Origin: a bacterium
GTDB taxonomy: Bacteria; Zhuqueibacterota; Zhuqueibacteria; Residuimicrobiales; Krinioviventaceae
Direction of reading: 5' to 3'
Length of the DNA stretch: 64,000 nt
Assembly (NCBI GenBank): GCA_963675755.2
Contig: CAXXMD010000001.1
Coordinates: forward strand, 96,001 to 160,000
Shown: positions 9,793 through 19,591 of the stretch, piece after piece
How the letters are laid out: each line of letters opens with the position of its first letter
Position numbering within the stretch: position 1 is the first letter of the stretch
Position numbers and translations under genes: made by a program
The notes under the pieces: model-generated
The model's input: only the letters and a program-made list of their open reading frames with translations
Database searches by the model: none
What the model was told of the DNA's origin: nothing

Positions 9793-9962
9793 TACTTATT
9801 CCTTTTAATTATTAATTTTCAGTATGTTTAAAAAGGAATGAAATAATTTGATAAAAATCAATATAATATATCATTGAAAAATACAGATTCATTTCAATCA
9901 AAATATATATCATTGCATTTTTCCGGTATTTGTGATATACTACCACAAATATATGAGGTGAT

Positions 9963-11612
9963 ATGAATACCAGAGCTGTATTACTAATACATAAAAATGA
10001 TAATGTTGCTGTGGCACTGCGGTCGCTTGCAGCGGGGGAGCGTGTCAAAATTGGGGAAAAGTCTGTTATCATAAATAAAGACATTCCTGCCAAGCATTCT
10101 ATTGCATTGCAGGATATGCCCGTTGCCTCTCCCGTGATTATGCATGGTATCCTGGTGGGTGAGACGACTTGTCCTGTTAAATCTGGAGAGCGTTTGGGCA
10201 CGCATAATCTTGTACACAAGACCACAGGATTTTCTTACCGCGGAGTTGTGCAGCAATGGACGCCACCGGATGTATCTGCTCTGCGAGAAATAACCTTCAG
10301 GGGCTACATGCGTAAAAATGGTTCTGTGGGTACGGCTAATAACTGGATTGTGGCGCCGCTGGTGTTTTGTGAAAATGAAAATATCCTGAAACTGAAAAAG
10401 GCTTTTGAAGCTATTAACGGACTGCACGGACGATCCCGTTACCGTCAGCTTGCAGACCAGTTGTCCCATGCCTGGAGTTCCGGTACGAGTGAGGAAGAAC
10501 TGAAATCGCTGGATTTCACCTACATAGCAGAATCAACTCGGTTACTGTTCCCGAATGTGGACGGTATCAAGTTTCTTACACATGAATCCGGTTGCGGTGG
10601 TACACGTAAAGACGCTCATGATTTGTGCGCTCTTTTGGCGGGATACATTACGCATCCCAATACCGCTGGGGCGACTATACTCAGCCTGGGCTGCCAGAAC
10701 GCCCAGATACAGGATTTACAAGAAGTTATTCATGCGCGCGATCCTCAATTTGACAAACCGTTGTATATACTGGATCAGCAGCAATACGGAAGCGGTGAAT
10801 CCATGCTGGATGACGCTGTGAGAAGGACATTTGCGGGGCTCGTTGAGGCCAACAAGGCCGAACGACAGTCTGTGCTTGTCAACAAGCTGGTGATTGGTGT
10901 CGAATGCGGTGGTTCTGACGGGTTTTCCGGTATAACCGCCAATCCATTAATGGGCCGTATTGCGGACCGGATTGCAGCCATTGGTGGCAGCGTCATTCTG
11001 GGCGAATTTCCCGAGTTTGGAGGTGCAGAGCAATCCCTGATCGATCGCTGTGTGGATAAAGAGGCAGCAGAACGGTTTATCAAATTGTATCGGGATTATG
11101 AAACGCGAGCCAACTCGGTGGGGGCGGGATTCGATATGAATCCGTCTCCGGGTAACATCCGTGAGGGTCTGATAACTGACGCTATGAAATCTGCCGGCGC
11201 TGTAACAAAAGGCGGGACCTCTCCGGTAACGGATGTGCTTGATTATCCTGGCTATGTTACAAAAGCAGGGCTCAATTTGCTGTTGACACCGGGCAACGAT
11301 GTGGAATCCACAACTGCATTGGTGGCTGCTGGAGCAAATTTAGTACTTTTTTCCACGGGACTCGGAACGCCCACGGGGAACCCTATTGTTCCGGTGATCA
11401 AGATCGCCAGCAACACGCAGACTGCACGACGTATGACAGATATCATTGATTTTGACGCCGGTGTGCTAATTGATGGGGAGAAATCCATGGAAGCGTTGAC
11501 AGATGAATTGATCCTAATGCTTATAAAAACAGCCGGGGGAGAGTATACTCCCAAAGCAGTTCTGAATCACCAGGACGATTTTATCCCCTGGAAGCGGGAT
11601 GTTTCGTTGTAA
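9963..11612 (+). CDS. uxaA: Altronate dehydratase (UxaA family)
   Basis: SAF domain 'DNVAVAL'; 'LTHESGCGG', 'ECGGSDGFSGITANP', 'NPSPGNIREGL', 'TGLGTPTG'. Confidence 0.88.
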   Translation: MNTRAVLLIHKNDNVAVALRSLAAGERVKIGEKSVIINKDIPAKHSIALQDMPVASPVIMHGILVGETTCPVKSGERLGTHNLVHKTTGFSYRGVVQQWTPPDVSALREITFRGYMRKNGSVGTANNWIVAPLVFCENENILKLKKAFEAINGLHGRSRYRQLADQLSHAWSSGTSEEELKSLDFTYIAESTRLLFPNVDGIKFLTHESGCGGTRKDAHDLCALLAGYITHPNTAGATILSLGCQNAQIQDLQEVIHARDPQFDKPLYILDQQQYGSGESMLDDAVRRTFAGLVEANKAERQSVLVNKLVIGVECGGSDGFSGITANPLMGRIADRIAAIGGSVILGEFPEFGGAEQSLIDRCVDKEAAERFIKLYRDYETRANSVGAGFDMNPSPGNIREGLITDAMKSAGAVTKGGTSPVTDVLDYPGYVTKAGLNLLLTPGNDVESTTALVAAGANLVLFSTGLGTPTGNPIVPVIKIASNTQTARRMTDIIDFDAGVLIDGEKSMEALTDELILMLIKTAGGEYTPKAVLNHQDDFIPWKRDVSL

Positions 11613-11676
11613 AAACAATCATGTGAACAATATATTGTCGATGATAAAAGGTGGATGATTAATATATTATGGAGAT

Positions 11677-12090
11677 ATGGAAATGGTGGAGAATAAATAT
11701 GGATCATGCCTTTGCAGTAAAGTAAAATTCGAGATAGAAGGCGATTTTGAAAATTTCTATCTTTGCCACTGTAAACGCTGTCGTAAGGATACAGGATCTG
11801 CTCATGCAGCGAATCTCTTTTCTTCGACCGCCAGTATAACATGGGTATCAGGTAAAGAACTAGTCAAAACATATACGGTACCCAATTCTCAGCATAAAAA
11901 GGCTTTTTGTTCTGAATGTGGCTCCGCATTACCCAATCTTCAAATGGATGGTGCGCTTTTGGTAGTACCGGCAGGATGCCTTGATAGTTATTTACCCATA
12001 GTGCCAGATGCACATATATTTGTTACCAGTAGAGCTGAGTGGGATAACGATTTGGAAAAATTACCAAAAATTGACCAATTACCAGAATAA
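11677..12090 (+). CDS. GFA (Mss4-like) family protein
   Basis: 'GSCLC', 'CHCKRCRK', 'FCSECGS'. Confidence 0.9.
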   Translation: MEMVENKYGSCLCSKVKFEIEGDFENFYLCHCKRCRKDTGSAHAANLFSSTASITWVSGKELVKTYTVPNSQHKKAFCSECGSALPNLQMDGALLVVPAGCLDSYLPIVPDAHIFVTSRAEWDNDLEKLPKIDQLPE

Positions 12091-12146
12091 TGTTTCAGTT
12101 TCTTTATTTATTTTTTAAATTCATCTGGTTTTAGAAATTAATTATT

Positions 12147-12926
12147 ATGAAAATAAAATTGGATCCGCCGTCACTGCCATTGGCAGCGTATGTGAAATAT
12201 TTTTGGGTATTAGAATCCTGTGCAGAGACACATTCCGAATTGGTATATCCTACCGGCAATTTTCAATTGCTCTTTCATTACAAAAATCCATTTTGCAATG
12301 TGTTTGCAGACGGAACAAAGACACAACAGGCACAGTTTCTGGTGTCGGGACAGAAAACCGGTTACCGCAATGTAATGACATACCTGGATCATGGCGTTGT
12401 TGGTGTGGAATTGTATCCTTTTGCTGCTTTTGCATTTTTCCCCTTTTCGTTATCCGAACTTTTAAATCAGGATCCAGAGTTGTCACATATCTACAGGGAT
12501 TGGAAAAATTATGAATGGCAGTTCCTGGATTGTGAGAACGCCCAACAACGAGTTCAAATAGTTGAATCATTTTTGATCAGCAAATTGCATGTTGGTGATC
12601 AAAGTGATTTTCGACTGGTGCAATCCTGTCTGGTCGAGATAGAGCAGCAAAAGGGATTAATTGTTATGGAACGACTGCAACAAAAATACCATATGGGTGA
12701 AAGAGCTTTGGAAAGACTGTTTCAACAGAAGGTTGGAGTCTCACCTAAAAAATATTGTGATATCTTGAAATTTAATCATGCAATAGATCTAATCAAATCA
12801 AAAAAATATTTATCATTAACCGAAATTGGCTATCTGGCTGGATATTATGATCAGTCTCATTTTATAAAAAGCTGTAAACAGTACACCGGGCACACTCCAT
12901 CATCAATACAAAGCCTTTGCGCATAA
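12147..12926 (+). CDS. AraC family transcriptional regulator (DUF6597-type N-terminus)
   Basis: 'LERLFQQKVGVSPK', 'AGYYDQSHFIKSCKQYTGHTP'. Confidence 0.9.
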   Translation: MKIKLDPPSLPLAAYVKYFWVLESCAETHSELVYPTGNFQLLFHYKNPFCNVFADGTKTQQAQFLVSGQKTGYRNVMTYLDHGVVGVELYPFAAFAFFPFSLSELLNQDPELSHIYRDWKNYEWQFLDCENAQQRVQIVESFLISKLHVGDQSDFRLVQSCLVEIEQQKGLIVMERLQQKYHMGERALERLFQQKVGVSPKKYCDILKFNHAIDLIKSKKYLSLTEIGYLAGYYDQSHFIKSCKQYTGHTPSSIQSLCA

Positions 12927-13014
12927 ATTTTTGATACAATTTGTCGGATTTTTACAATTTAATCCGGATCTTTTTCCATAATTTATCTGATGTTAAAATG
13001 AGGAGAATTGAATC

Positions 13015-14223
13015 TTGGATAATTTAAACAATACCGCAGAGAGCTATCTTGATACACTGTGTAATGTTATACCAAACCGGGCGGTTGGCAGTACCGGTAA
13101 CCGAATGGCTACAGATTTTTTTCAACAGGAATTAAAAAAAAGGGGATGGAATATTGCATCACAGGAATTCAGCGCAATGGATTGGAAAACCGATTGTGCG
13201 TTACTAAAGGTAGATGACCAAGAATTTGAGGTGTTTTCGAGTACATATTCATTAGGATGTAATATTAATGCACCGTTGGTTTGTGCATCGAATAAAGAAG
13301 AGTTGGAATCTATTAACGCTACCGACAAAATCTTGCTTTTACATGGTGAAATTACTGCCGAGCAACTTATGCCCAAAAATTTTGTTTTTTATAATCCTGA
13401 ACGACATCAAAAAATTATATCGCTTTTAGAGAGCAGCGGGGTAAAGGCAATTATTACAGCTACAGGACGGAATTCTGCTTTGGCTGGGGGTGCTTATCCC
13501 TTTCCCCTGATAGAAGACGGGGATTTTGATGTGCCATCAGTTTTTATGACGGAAGAAGAGGGAATAAGACTTTTAAACTATATAGGAAAAAAGGTTTCTC
13601 TTGAATCCAAGGCAGAACGGTTTCCAGCAAACGGCTGCAATATGATAGGTACAAAAGGAAAAGGTCCCAAGAAAATTGTGATTACCGCACACATAGATGC
13701 CAAGAAAGGAACGCCCGGTGCTATTGATAATGCTACCGGGATTCTTGTCTTACTTTTGCTTGCTGATTTGCACAGGGATTATAAAGGTAGTACACAAATA
13801 GAGTTGACAGCTCTAAATGGTGAAGATTATTATGCAGTACCTGGTCAGATGGAATACATTCGGCAAAATGAAGACAATTTTGATGATATCTTGTTGAATA
13901 TCAATATTGATGGAGCCGGTTATATCGGCAGTGAAATAGCTTTTTCTTTTTTTGATGTTCCTGATAGATATAAGCGTCCACTTTTAAATATAATGAACAA
14001 TTATTCAGATATTAAAGATGGTGCTTTATGGCCTCAGGGAGATCATAGCATCTTTGTTCAATATGGGCGCCCTGCTTTGGCAGTAACCTCGCTCTGGTTT
14101 ATAGAAAATATGGAGACACAGGATGTAACACATACATCCAAAGATAACCCGACAATCGTTGATTGTAATAAAATAGTTACCATTTCCAAAGCGATTACAG
14201 ATTTTATTAATATGATTGGTTAA
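13015..14223 (+). CDS. M28 family peptidase with PA-like insert
   Basis: 'AHID', 'GAIDNATG', 'NGED', 'NIDG', 'GDH'. Confidence 0.85.
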   Translation: MDNLNNTAESYLDTLCNVIPNRAVGSTGNRMATDFFQQELKKRGWNIASQEFSAMDWKTDCALLKVDDQEFEVFSSTYSLGCNINAPLVCASNKEELESINATDKILLLHGEITAEQLMPKNFVFYNPERHQKIISLLESSGVKAIITATGRNSALAGGAYPFPLIEDGDFDVPSVFMTEEEGIRLLNYIGKKVSLESKAERFPANGCNMIGTKGKGPKKIVITAHIDAKKGTPGAIDNATGILVLLLLADLHRDYKGSTQIELTALNGEDYYAVPGQMEYIRQNEDNFDDILLNINIDGAGYIGSEIAFSFFDVPDRYKRPLLNIMNNYSDIKDGALWPQGDHSIFVQYGRPALAVTSLWFIENMETQDVTHTSKDNPTIVDCNKIVTISKAITDFINMIG

Positions 14224-14230
14224 AACAAAA

Positions 14231-14263
14231 AAACCTCCGACAAGACTGGCTTGTCGGAGGTTT
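14231..14263. terminator. Bidirectional intrinsic terminator
   Basis: AAACCTCCGACAAG-ACTGG-CTTGTCGGAGGTTT between convergent genes. Confidence 0.85.
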
Positions 14264-14286
14264 ATGTAGGAGAACAGGAGAGAAAA

Positions 14287-15003
14287 TCAGTTGTTACCAC
14301 CTCTGCCTCTTGAAGGTGTTGAATCATCAGAGCGTCCAAAACCTACTGTGGTATTTGTTACGCCACGTCCAAGACAATCTTCCGGGCGGACCCAATCAGA
14401 GTCCTGACCATTGGGGATACCGTCACTGTCATCATCCGGTGCATTGTCATTGATTCCATCACCGTCTTCGTCAACAAATGCATGCATGCTGCGACCTTTA
14501 CCATTACCAAAACCGTTTTTGCTGCCAGCTGCTACGTAATCAGCATCCTGACCATTGGGGATTCCATCACCATCTGCATCCGGTGCATTGTCATTATAGC
14601 CGTCACCATCTTCGTCTACAAAACTATTTGCGCCTTGTTTCTGACCATTTCCTGCGGCACTACCCTGGCCAGCTTGTGCTACATAATCTTCATCCATGCC
14701 ATTGGGGATTCCATCGCCATCTGCATCCGGTGCATTGTCGTTATAGCCGTCGCCATCTTCGTCCACAAAGCCTTCACCAGAAACCCCCTGACCATTGCCA
14801 GAATCTGTACGGACATAATCTTCATCCATACCATTTGGGATTCCATCGCCATCAGCGTCCGGGGCATTGTCATTGTAGCCATCACCATTGAGGTCTACAA
14901 ATTTGACTCCATGTTCAGTGGTTTGTGAGAATACAGAGGTGCTGGCAAATGCTGTCATTGCCAAAGCAAGAAGCAGAACGGATAAGGTTTTTGATGTTTT
15001 CAT
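14287..15003 (-). CDS. Secreted acidic protein with four DxDxDG (thrombospondin type-3-like) Ca-binding repeats
   Basis: AGGAG RBS; signal peptide; 4x FVD.(N/D)GDG.NDNAPD.D.DGIPNG.D.D(Y/W)V separated by Gly-rich linkers. Confidence 0.8.
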   Translation of the reverse strand: MKTSKTLSVLLLALAMTAFASTSVFSQTTEHGVKFVDLNGDGYNDNAPDADGDGIPNGMDEDYVRTDSGNGQGVSGEGFVDEDGDGYNDNAPDADGDGIPNGMDEDYVAQAGQGSAAGNGQKQGANSFVDEDGDGYNDNAPDADGDGIPNGQDADYVAAGSKNGFGNGKGRSMHAFVDEDGDGINDNAPDDDSDGIPNGQDSDWVRPEDCLGRGVTNTTVGFGRSDDSTPSRGRGGNN

Positions 15004-15056
15004 GATGTAACTCCTTTTGTTATGTTAGTTGTTTGTCTGTTTCTGCTTCTGTTTAG

Positions 15057-15071
15057 GCAACTGCCGTGCCA
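15057..15071 (-). promoter_or_regulatory. Sigma54 (-24/-12) promoter of the DxDxDG repeat gene
   Basis: Minus strand TGGCACGGCAGTTGC matches consensus TGGCACG-N4-TTGC. IHF-like TAACAATGCCTTA at 15089-15101; palindrome TTTCGAC-N6-GTCGAAA at 15147-15166. Confidence 0.8.
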
Positions 15072-15308
15072 TAAAATATTTATGTATATAAGGCATTGTT
15101 ATTAATCGGTTTATTTGTGTTTCGTGGATTTGATGATATTGTTAAGTTTCGACGATATGGTCGAAATGGTCGCCTAAATTGTAAATTATAAAAAGGTTTT
15201 TTTTAAATAATTATTTGATTATTTTGAAACTTTTTGCTACATTATCCGTAGCAAGCTACAGATATAATAGTGATATTTTTTGCTTGTAAAGTAAAAGGAG
15301 AATTGTGG

Positions 15309-16109
15309 ATGATGTATGATAATGCTAAATTTGTTTATTTTTCACCAACCGGAACAACCAGGTCAATTGTTCACGCCATTGCAAATGGAATGAAAATCCG
15401 TAATGTTGAATTGATTGATATTTCCCAACCTGAAGCTCGTTCTCAATCCATGAACATATTGGAAAACGAGTTATTACTTTTAGCAGTCCCTGTTTATATG
15501 GGGCGAGTACCCGCACTGTTGTACGATTTTATTAATTCAATCCAGGCTAATAACACTCTTGCTGTTTGTGTTGTTGTATATGGAAATCGGGCTTTTGACG
15601 ATGCATTGCTAGAGTTGAATGACATGTTGAAAAATCGAGGATGCATTCCATTTACCGGAGCGGCATTTATTGGTGAGCATTCTTTTTCCAGTACTGATTT
15701 GCCCACTGCGCATGGGCGTCCTGATGTAAAAGATTTGAAACATGCAGAGGTATTTGGACGTAGAATACAGCAAAAATTATTCTCACTTGATTCTATTGCA
15801 GGACTGCACTCTATTACCTTTCCTGGAAACAACCCATATGGTGGTGTTATAAAAATATGGGATGTCGATTTTATTAAAGTTGGTAACGAATGTAATCAAT
15901 GTGGTGTTTGTGCGGACATGTGTCCTGTTGGTGCTATTGATTTGGAAAAAAGTGATTCGATTGATATAATAAAGTGCATTTCATGTTGTGCCTGCATTAA
16001 ATATTGTCCACAAAAAGCCAGATCAATTAAGGCAAGCCCTGTTCAGGATGCTGCTCTGCGGTTGCATACATTATATGGTGAACGTAAAGAACCCGAGATT
16101 TTTATTTAA
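15309..16109 (+). CDS. EFR1-type flavodoxin-like + 2x[4Fe-4S] ferredoxin protein
   Basis: 'YFSPTGTT', 'VVYGNRAFDDALLEL', two CxxCxxCxxxCP motifs; AAGGAG RBS. Confidence 0.88.
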   Translation: MMYDNAKFVYFSPTGTTRSIVHAIANGMKIRNVELIDISQPEARSQSMNILENELLLLAVPVYMGRVPALLYDFINSIQANNTLAVCVVVYGNRAFDDALLELNDMLKNRGCIPFTGAAFIGEHSFSSTDLPTAHGRPDVKDLKHAEVFGRRIQQKLFSLDSIAGLHSITFPGNNPYGGVIKIWDVDFIKVGNECNQCGVCADMCPVGAIDLEKSDSIDIIKCISCCACIKYCPQKARSIKASPVQDAALRLHTLYGERKEPEIFI

Positions 16110-16140
16110 TGATCAATTTAGATTAATGCGTGAGGGAAAA

Positions 16141-16479
16141 ATGTCAATACCAACACCGGGAATGCCAGTTCGAGGTTCAAAAACCGGTATTCCTATAATG
16201 GCGCTTTTTGATTTACTTGGCCGGACCTGGGCAATGGGAGTCATCTGGCAGCTGCAAAATGGTCCCTTTACATTCAGGGAACTCCAGGAAAGATGTGAAT
16301 CCATTTCTCCTACAATATTAAACAGCCGCATAAAAGATTTGCGAAAAGCTGATATTGTAGAACGAACACTGGATGGATATCAATTAACGGAAAGAGGTAA
16401 GGAACTGATTGATATTATACGCCCTTTTGGCCAGTGGTCATGGAAATGGGCGAGAGAAGTTTTTGATTATAATGAATAA
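16141..16479 (+). CDS. HxlR family winged-helix regulator
   Basis: 'PIMALFDLLGRTW', 'FRELQ...ISPTILNSRIKDL', 'YQLTERG'. Confidence 0.85.
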   Translation: MSIPTPGMPVRGSKTGIPIMALFDLLGRTWAMGVIWQLQNGPFTFRELQERCESISPTILNSRIKDLRKADIVERTLDGYQLTERGKELIDIIRPFGQWSWKWAREVFDYNE

Positions 16480-16489
16480 CTAAAAAAAT

Positions 16490-16924
16490 ATGGAGAACAC
16501 GATGGATATTAAAAGTTGTATTGATTTTACAAACGAAAATAAAGTTTGTTATTTGGCAACTACTGAGAATGGTGGTCCACGGGTAAGAGCTTTGGGCTTT
16601 TGGTTTGCTGATGAAACCGGTTTTTACTTTCAGACCGGTGCAATGAAATCACTTTATAAGCAATTACTGGATAATCCGCAGGTAGAAGCTTGTTTTTACA
16701 AGCCTGAAAATATGACCGGTAAAATGTTGAGAATTGCAGGGAAGATTGAATTCATGGATGAATTGCAATTGAAAGAACGAGTAATGACAGAGAGACCTTT
16801 TTTAAAGAATTTCGGCCTCACTGCTCAAGATCCCAATTTAATCGTTTTTCGTCTGGAACATGGTCAGGCACATTTCTGGACGATGGAAGATAATTTAAAA
16901 CCCAAACAAATGATTGAATTTTAG
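16490..16924 (+). CDS. Pyridoxamine 5'-phosphate oxidase-like FMN-binding protein
   Basis: 'YLATTENGGPRVR', 'K.LYKQLLDNPQVE'. Confidence 0.8.
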   Translation: MENTMDIKSCIDFTNENKVCYLATTENGGPRVRALGFWFADETGFYFQTGAMKSLYKQLLDNPQVEACFYKPENMTGKMLRIAGKIEFMDELQLKERVMTERPFLKNFGLTAQDPNLIVFRLEHGQAHFWTMEDNLKPKQMIEF

Positions 16925-16970
16925 GTTCTAACTTTATTATAATGCAAATTGAAAATAGTTGGTTAATAGT

Positions 16971-17807
16971 ATGATACAAGATATTGCACCTCACAATTTG
17001 GATACTCTGTTTTTAGCTAATCGTAAACTTGAAAATGATGATATTGTATTCAGTTTTAAAGAAAATGCATTGTTGTTAGAGAAAATCAATGATCATTTTG
17101 AACTGCCCCGAAAAAAAGATTTGTTGGAGGTATCAGATGAAAGCGATAAGACATTCCTGTTTACGCTTGATGGTCTTCCCTGCTATCTATTATGGGATGA
17201 AATCCAGACAGAAAATACAACGTTTGCTTATCATAATTTGAATTTTTTCAGAGATACATCGCAGCAGGAGGTTGCATGGGCTTGTCTGGTTGCATTTCAT
17301 TTGATGAACTGGTATTTAAAAAACAGGTATTGTGGAAAGTGTGGTACAGCCACACTACAAAAAACAGATGAACGGGCAATTATATGTCCGAATTGTAAGA
17401 ATACGGTATTTCCCAGAATTTCACCTGCAGTTATTGTTGCTATCATTGATAACGATAAAATATTGCTCGCACGCGGTGTTAATTTTCCGGGAAGATGGTA
17501 CTCGTTACTTGCAGGATATGTGGATATTGGAGAATCACTGGAAGAAGCGTTAATACGTGAGGTTAAAGAAGAAGTAGGGCTGGATATATGGAATATCCGT
17601 TATTACAAAAGCCAACCCTGGCCTTTATCCGGATCGTTAATGATTGGATTTATTGCAAACGCAGACTCTACTTTTGCCCTTGAGATTGATGCTAAAGAGA
17701 TTGCTGATGCCGCATGGTACACTAGAGGAAAACTCCCCGAACATGCTTTACATTTGAGCATTGCAGGTGAGATGATTGAAAAGTTTGAAAAAAGTGAGCT
17801 GGAATAG
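16971..17807 (+). CDS. nudC: NAD(H) diphosphatase (Nudix)
   Basis: Zn ribbon CGKCG...CPNC; Nudix box 'GESLEEALIREVKEEVG'; 'SQPWP' signature. Confidence 0.92.
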   Translation: MIQDIAPHNLDTLFLANRKLENDDIVFSFKENALLLEKINDHFELPRKKDLLEVSDESDKTFLFTLDGLPCYLLWDEIQTENTTFAYHNLNFFRDTSQQEVAWACLVAFHLMNWYLKNRYCGKCGTATLQKTDERAIICPNCKNTVFPRISPAVIVAIIDNDKILLARGVNFPGRWYSLLAGYVDIGESLEEALIREVKEEVGLDIWNIRYYKSQPWPLSGSLMIGFIANADSTFALEIDAKEIADAAWYTRGKLPEHALHLSIAGEMIEKFEKSELE

Positions 17808-17837
17808 TTTATTTTGTTATCAAATAATCCGAAAAAT

Positions 17838-17877
17838 AAAAAAATCCCCGGTTATATTCACAACCGGGGATTTTTTT
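17838..17877. terminator. Bidirectional intrinsic terminator
   Basis: AAAAAAATCCCCGGTT-N8-AACCGGGGATTTTTTT. Confidence 0.88.
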
Positions 17878-17928
17878 AAATCAACTACCATATCCTGCAA
17901 GTTAAAGATAGGGATAGAATCCTGGTTA

Positions 17929-19566
17929 TTACAGATTTTTTTGATCAGCCTGATCAATTGTAGTATTTTCAATATTACCCGAGTTGAAAATGATAATATT
18001 TTTTATATCTTTCATTTTGAATGTTGGAATTCCCTGTGCATTCTGTGCCTGGATGAAATTAAATTCAGAGTTTTTAACATCTTCAAGAATGAATGCAGGG
18101 CGCATATCCTCATTTTCAAAAGATACATTTACATTATGCAATTCAATACCATCTACATGACGCATATAAAATCCATAGGCTGGGATATCTCCATACATAC
18201 GGGGATCCGGGTAACCATCTTCCATTTCAGGAACCTCAATATCGCCTTGTTCTTTGGGAGCGCCGCCTTTGACATAAATCTGGATGTTGCTCATTTTTAC
18301 ATCTGTAACATCATGACCGGGAATACCCATAATGAGCGCACCGTAACGGGGTTCTACATTATGCACAACCACATTGCTGATATTGATTCTTCTCATTGTT
18401 CCGATTGGTGTATTTTCCGGTGCACGCATGCGTCTGCCAACGCGCAGGAAAAAGGGAGCATTTGTTATATTCCGCATAGTGATATTTGAAATCGTTACAT
18501 CTTCTAAAATACCGCCATCAACGGTTTCAAGTGCCAGGCCGCGGCAGCGGTCAAATACACAGTTGGATATGGAAATGTTTTTAAAGCCGCCATTCGATTC
18601 TGTACCCATTTTGATTCTACCAGTCATTCCACCTTTGTCAGGTGCAAGTTCCTGAGTGGTTTGAAACGTACCATCCAGAAACGTACCGGGATCATAGCCC
18701 ATAACCTGACAATTGGTAATGCTTAGGTTCTCTGTTGAACGAAATATGCCTAATGCAAATGTGCTTTTCAATACGATTGCGTCATCATTGGGTGTATTGA
18801 CTGTGCAATTTGAAATACGAACATTATGACAGCAATCGATATTCAGTCCATCCCGGTTGGTGTCAATTTTGACATTATCGATAGTCATATTGTCAATACC
18901 GGTAGCGAGAACACAAAAGTGACCGCACAATAAAAAAGAAATATCTTTGATGATCACATTTCTACATTGTTTCAGAGCAATGGCTTTGTTTCCATAATCA
19001 TTGTAACGACTGAGATCAACAGGCTGGTCTTCACGAGGACGTTCAGGTCTGGGGCGTTCTTCGCCAGGTTTTCGTTCTCTTTGCTGCTGTTCGCGTGGTC
19101 TAAAAGGACGACCACCCCAACGTGAGAGACCTTTACTGCCATCAATAAGGCCGGGGCCTGTTATGGAAACATTGACCAGATTTTCTCCCCACATCAGACT
19201 GTTGCGCCAGTGACTGTGGCCAAAATCCTGATATTTATGCACATCACCCCATTCATTGGGCTCAGGATGATCATAGCCGGGTTGACCTTCAACAGTTTCT
19301 GCTGCCAAAAGAACAGAACCCTGGTCCAGATAAATGGTAATGTTGCTTTTCAAATGAATGGAATAGCTTTTATAAGTGCCTGCCGGGAAATATACAGTAC
19401 CGCCACCAGCCTCTGACGCCGCTTCAATAGCTTTATTGATTGCAGGCGTATCCAGAGTTTGTCCGTCTCCAACAGCTCCATAATCTTTGATATTATAAAA
19501 TGCGGTACCGGCATGGAGGGTAGCACAGAATAAGATAATCAGAATTGTTGATATAAACTTTTTCAT
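17929..19566 (-). CDS. GH28 glycoside hydrolase (poly/rhamnogalacturonase-like), secreted
   Basis: 'YGAVGDG..LDT.AINKAI', 'NRDG', 'NDDAIVLKS', 'GRIKMGTES'. Confidence 0.88.
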   Translation of the reverse strand: MKKFISTILIILFCATLHAGTAFYNIKDYGAVGDGQTLDTPAINKAIEAASEAGGGTVYFPAGTYKSYSIHLKSNITIYLDQGSVLLAAETVEGQPGYDHPEPNEWGDVHKYQDFGHSHWRNSLMWGENLVNVSITGPGLIDGSKGLSRWGGRPFRPREQQQRERKPGEERPRPERPREDQPVDLSRYNDYGNKAIALKQCRNVIIKDISFLLCGHFCVLATGIDNMTIDNVKIDTNRDGLNIDCCHNVRISNCTVNTPNDDAIVLKSTFALGIFRSTENLSITNCQVMGYDPGTFLDGTFQTTQELAPDKGGMTGRIKMGTESNGGFKNISISNCVFDRCRGLALETVDGGILEDVTISNITMRNITNAPFFLRVGRRMRAPENTPIGTMRRINISNVVVHNVEPRYGALIMGIPGHDVTDVKMSNIQIYVKGGAPKEQGDIEVPEMEDGYPDPRMYGDIPAYGFYMRHVDGIELHNVNVSFENEDMRPAFILEDVKNSEFNFIQAQNAQGIPTFKMKDIKNIIIFNSGNIENTTIDQADQKNL

Positions 19567-19591
19567 TTTAATACCTTTCCAGAGTAAATAT

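Noticed and set aside
14389-14901. Regularly spaced DNA repeats that could look like a CRISPR array; His-rich antisense ORFs
   Set aside because: The repeats are ~90 bp, in frame and vary at synonymous sites. They encode the DxDxDG units, and no cas genes are present.
17776-18489. 237-aa ORF antisense to GH28
   Set aside because: It runs through a terminator and overlaps a well-supported gene; the composition is not protein-like.
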